Positions 53,924 to 54,294 of a stretch of DNA of 54,294 nucleotides are shown piece by piece. The translations under genes were made by a program, and so were the position numbers. The stretch covers positions 1 to 54,294 of IMG/VR virus record IMGVR_UViG_3300033153_010346, one strand, 5' to 3'. A model generated the notes under the pieces. It had not been told where the DNA came from and did no database searches. It saw only the letters and a program-made list of their open reading frames with translations. This stretch comes from a virus. Taxonomy: Duplodnaviria > Caudoviricetes. Each line of letters opens with the position of its first letter. Position 1 is the first letter of the stretch.

Positions 53924-54294
53924 CGTACATTGATAACACAACTCTAACTTTACTTTCGTTGAAAAAAAGCTTAGAGACTTATCTAGATGACCAAGGTTGG
54001 AAAAGGCTCTATCACGTATTCTTGTTTGGTGATTCAAAAATCAAGAATTACGAATTTGTTTTAGATGACCCAGGAAGAAATCAACTTGAGTTACCAGTTG
54101 TCATAATTGATACTGGAACTGTACGTACTGAAGTTCAACAAATAGGTGACGAGTTTGGTAGAGATGTAATAACTGTAAGTTTAGTGCTGATGGCTAAGGA
54201 TGAAAATCAACTAAGGACTTTAGCCAATGTGATAAGAAGAAGAATAGATAATTTGGTCTTCACGATCAATAATTACAGTTCTACCAGAAGAGAG
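53920..54294 (+). CDS. partial putative tail terminator protein (runs off window)
   Basis: ATGA-coupled start, open to window end, LPVVII motif. Confidence 0.55.
   Translation, partial: MTYIDNTTLTLLSLKKSLETYLDDQGWKRLYHVFLFGDSKIKNYEFVLDDPGRNQLELPVVIIDTGTVRTEVQQIGDEFGRDVITVSLVLMAKDENQLRTLANVIRRRIDNLVFTINNYSSTRRE

Overview
Segment of a large tailed dsDNA phage (Caudoviricetes), standard genetic code. The host is probably diderm and FCB-like, inferred from a T9SS-type sorting domain, an outer-membrane barrel and a GT9 domain. Four blocks: (1) 1-3600 (+), short, largely paralogous hypothetical genes. (2) 3613-12682 (+), an array of 25 assignable tRNAs covering all 20 amino acids, interspersed with small ORFs and non-standard RNAs: a tRNA-Arg(UCU)-like gene whose D-loop-like segment lies 3' of the anticodon arm, an unassignable CCA-ending tRNA-like RNA, three tandem copies of an anticodon-less elbow-like motif, and a ~265-nt structured RNA after a DUF6847/DIP1984-like gene. 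(3) 13732-31646 (-), replication and auxiliary genes: RuvC, HU, sigma factor, family A DNA polymerase, SSB, a nucleotide-sugar/glycosyltransferase cluster and a dNMP kinase. (4) 31968-end (+), packaging and head module: terminase, portal, stand-alone PAS protein, large beta-helix and Trp-repeat proteins, endolysin, GT2-TPR, protease/scaffold, capsid and neck. Two fixed-spacing promoter-like motifs were found by eye: GAAC-N16-TGTTATA (4 copies) and sigma28-like CAAAAW-N13-CGATAA (5 copies). All family names come from motif recognition without database searches, and all RNA folds are manual.
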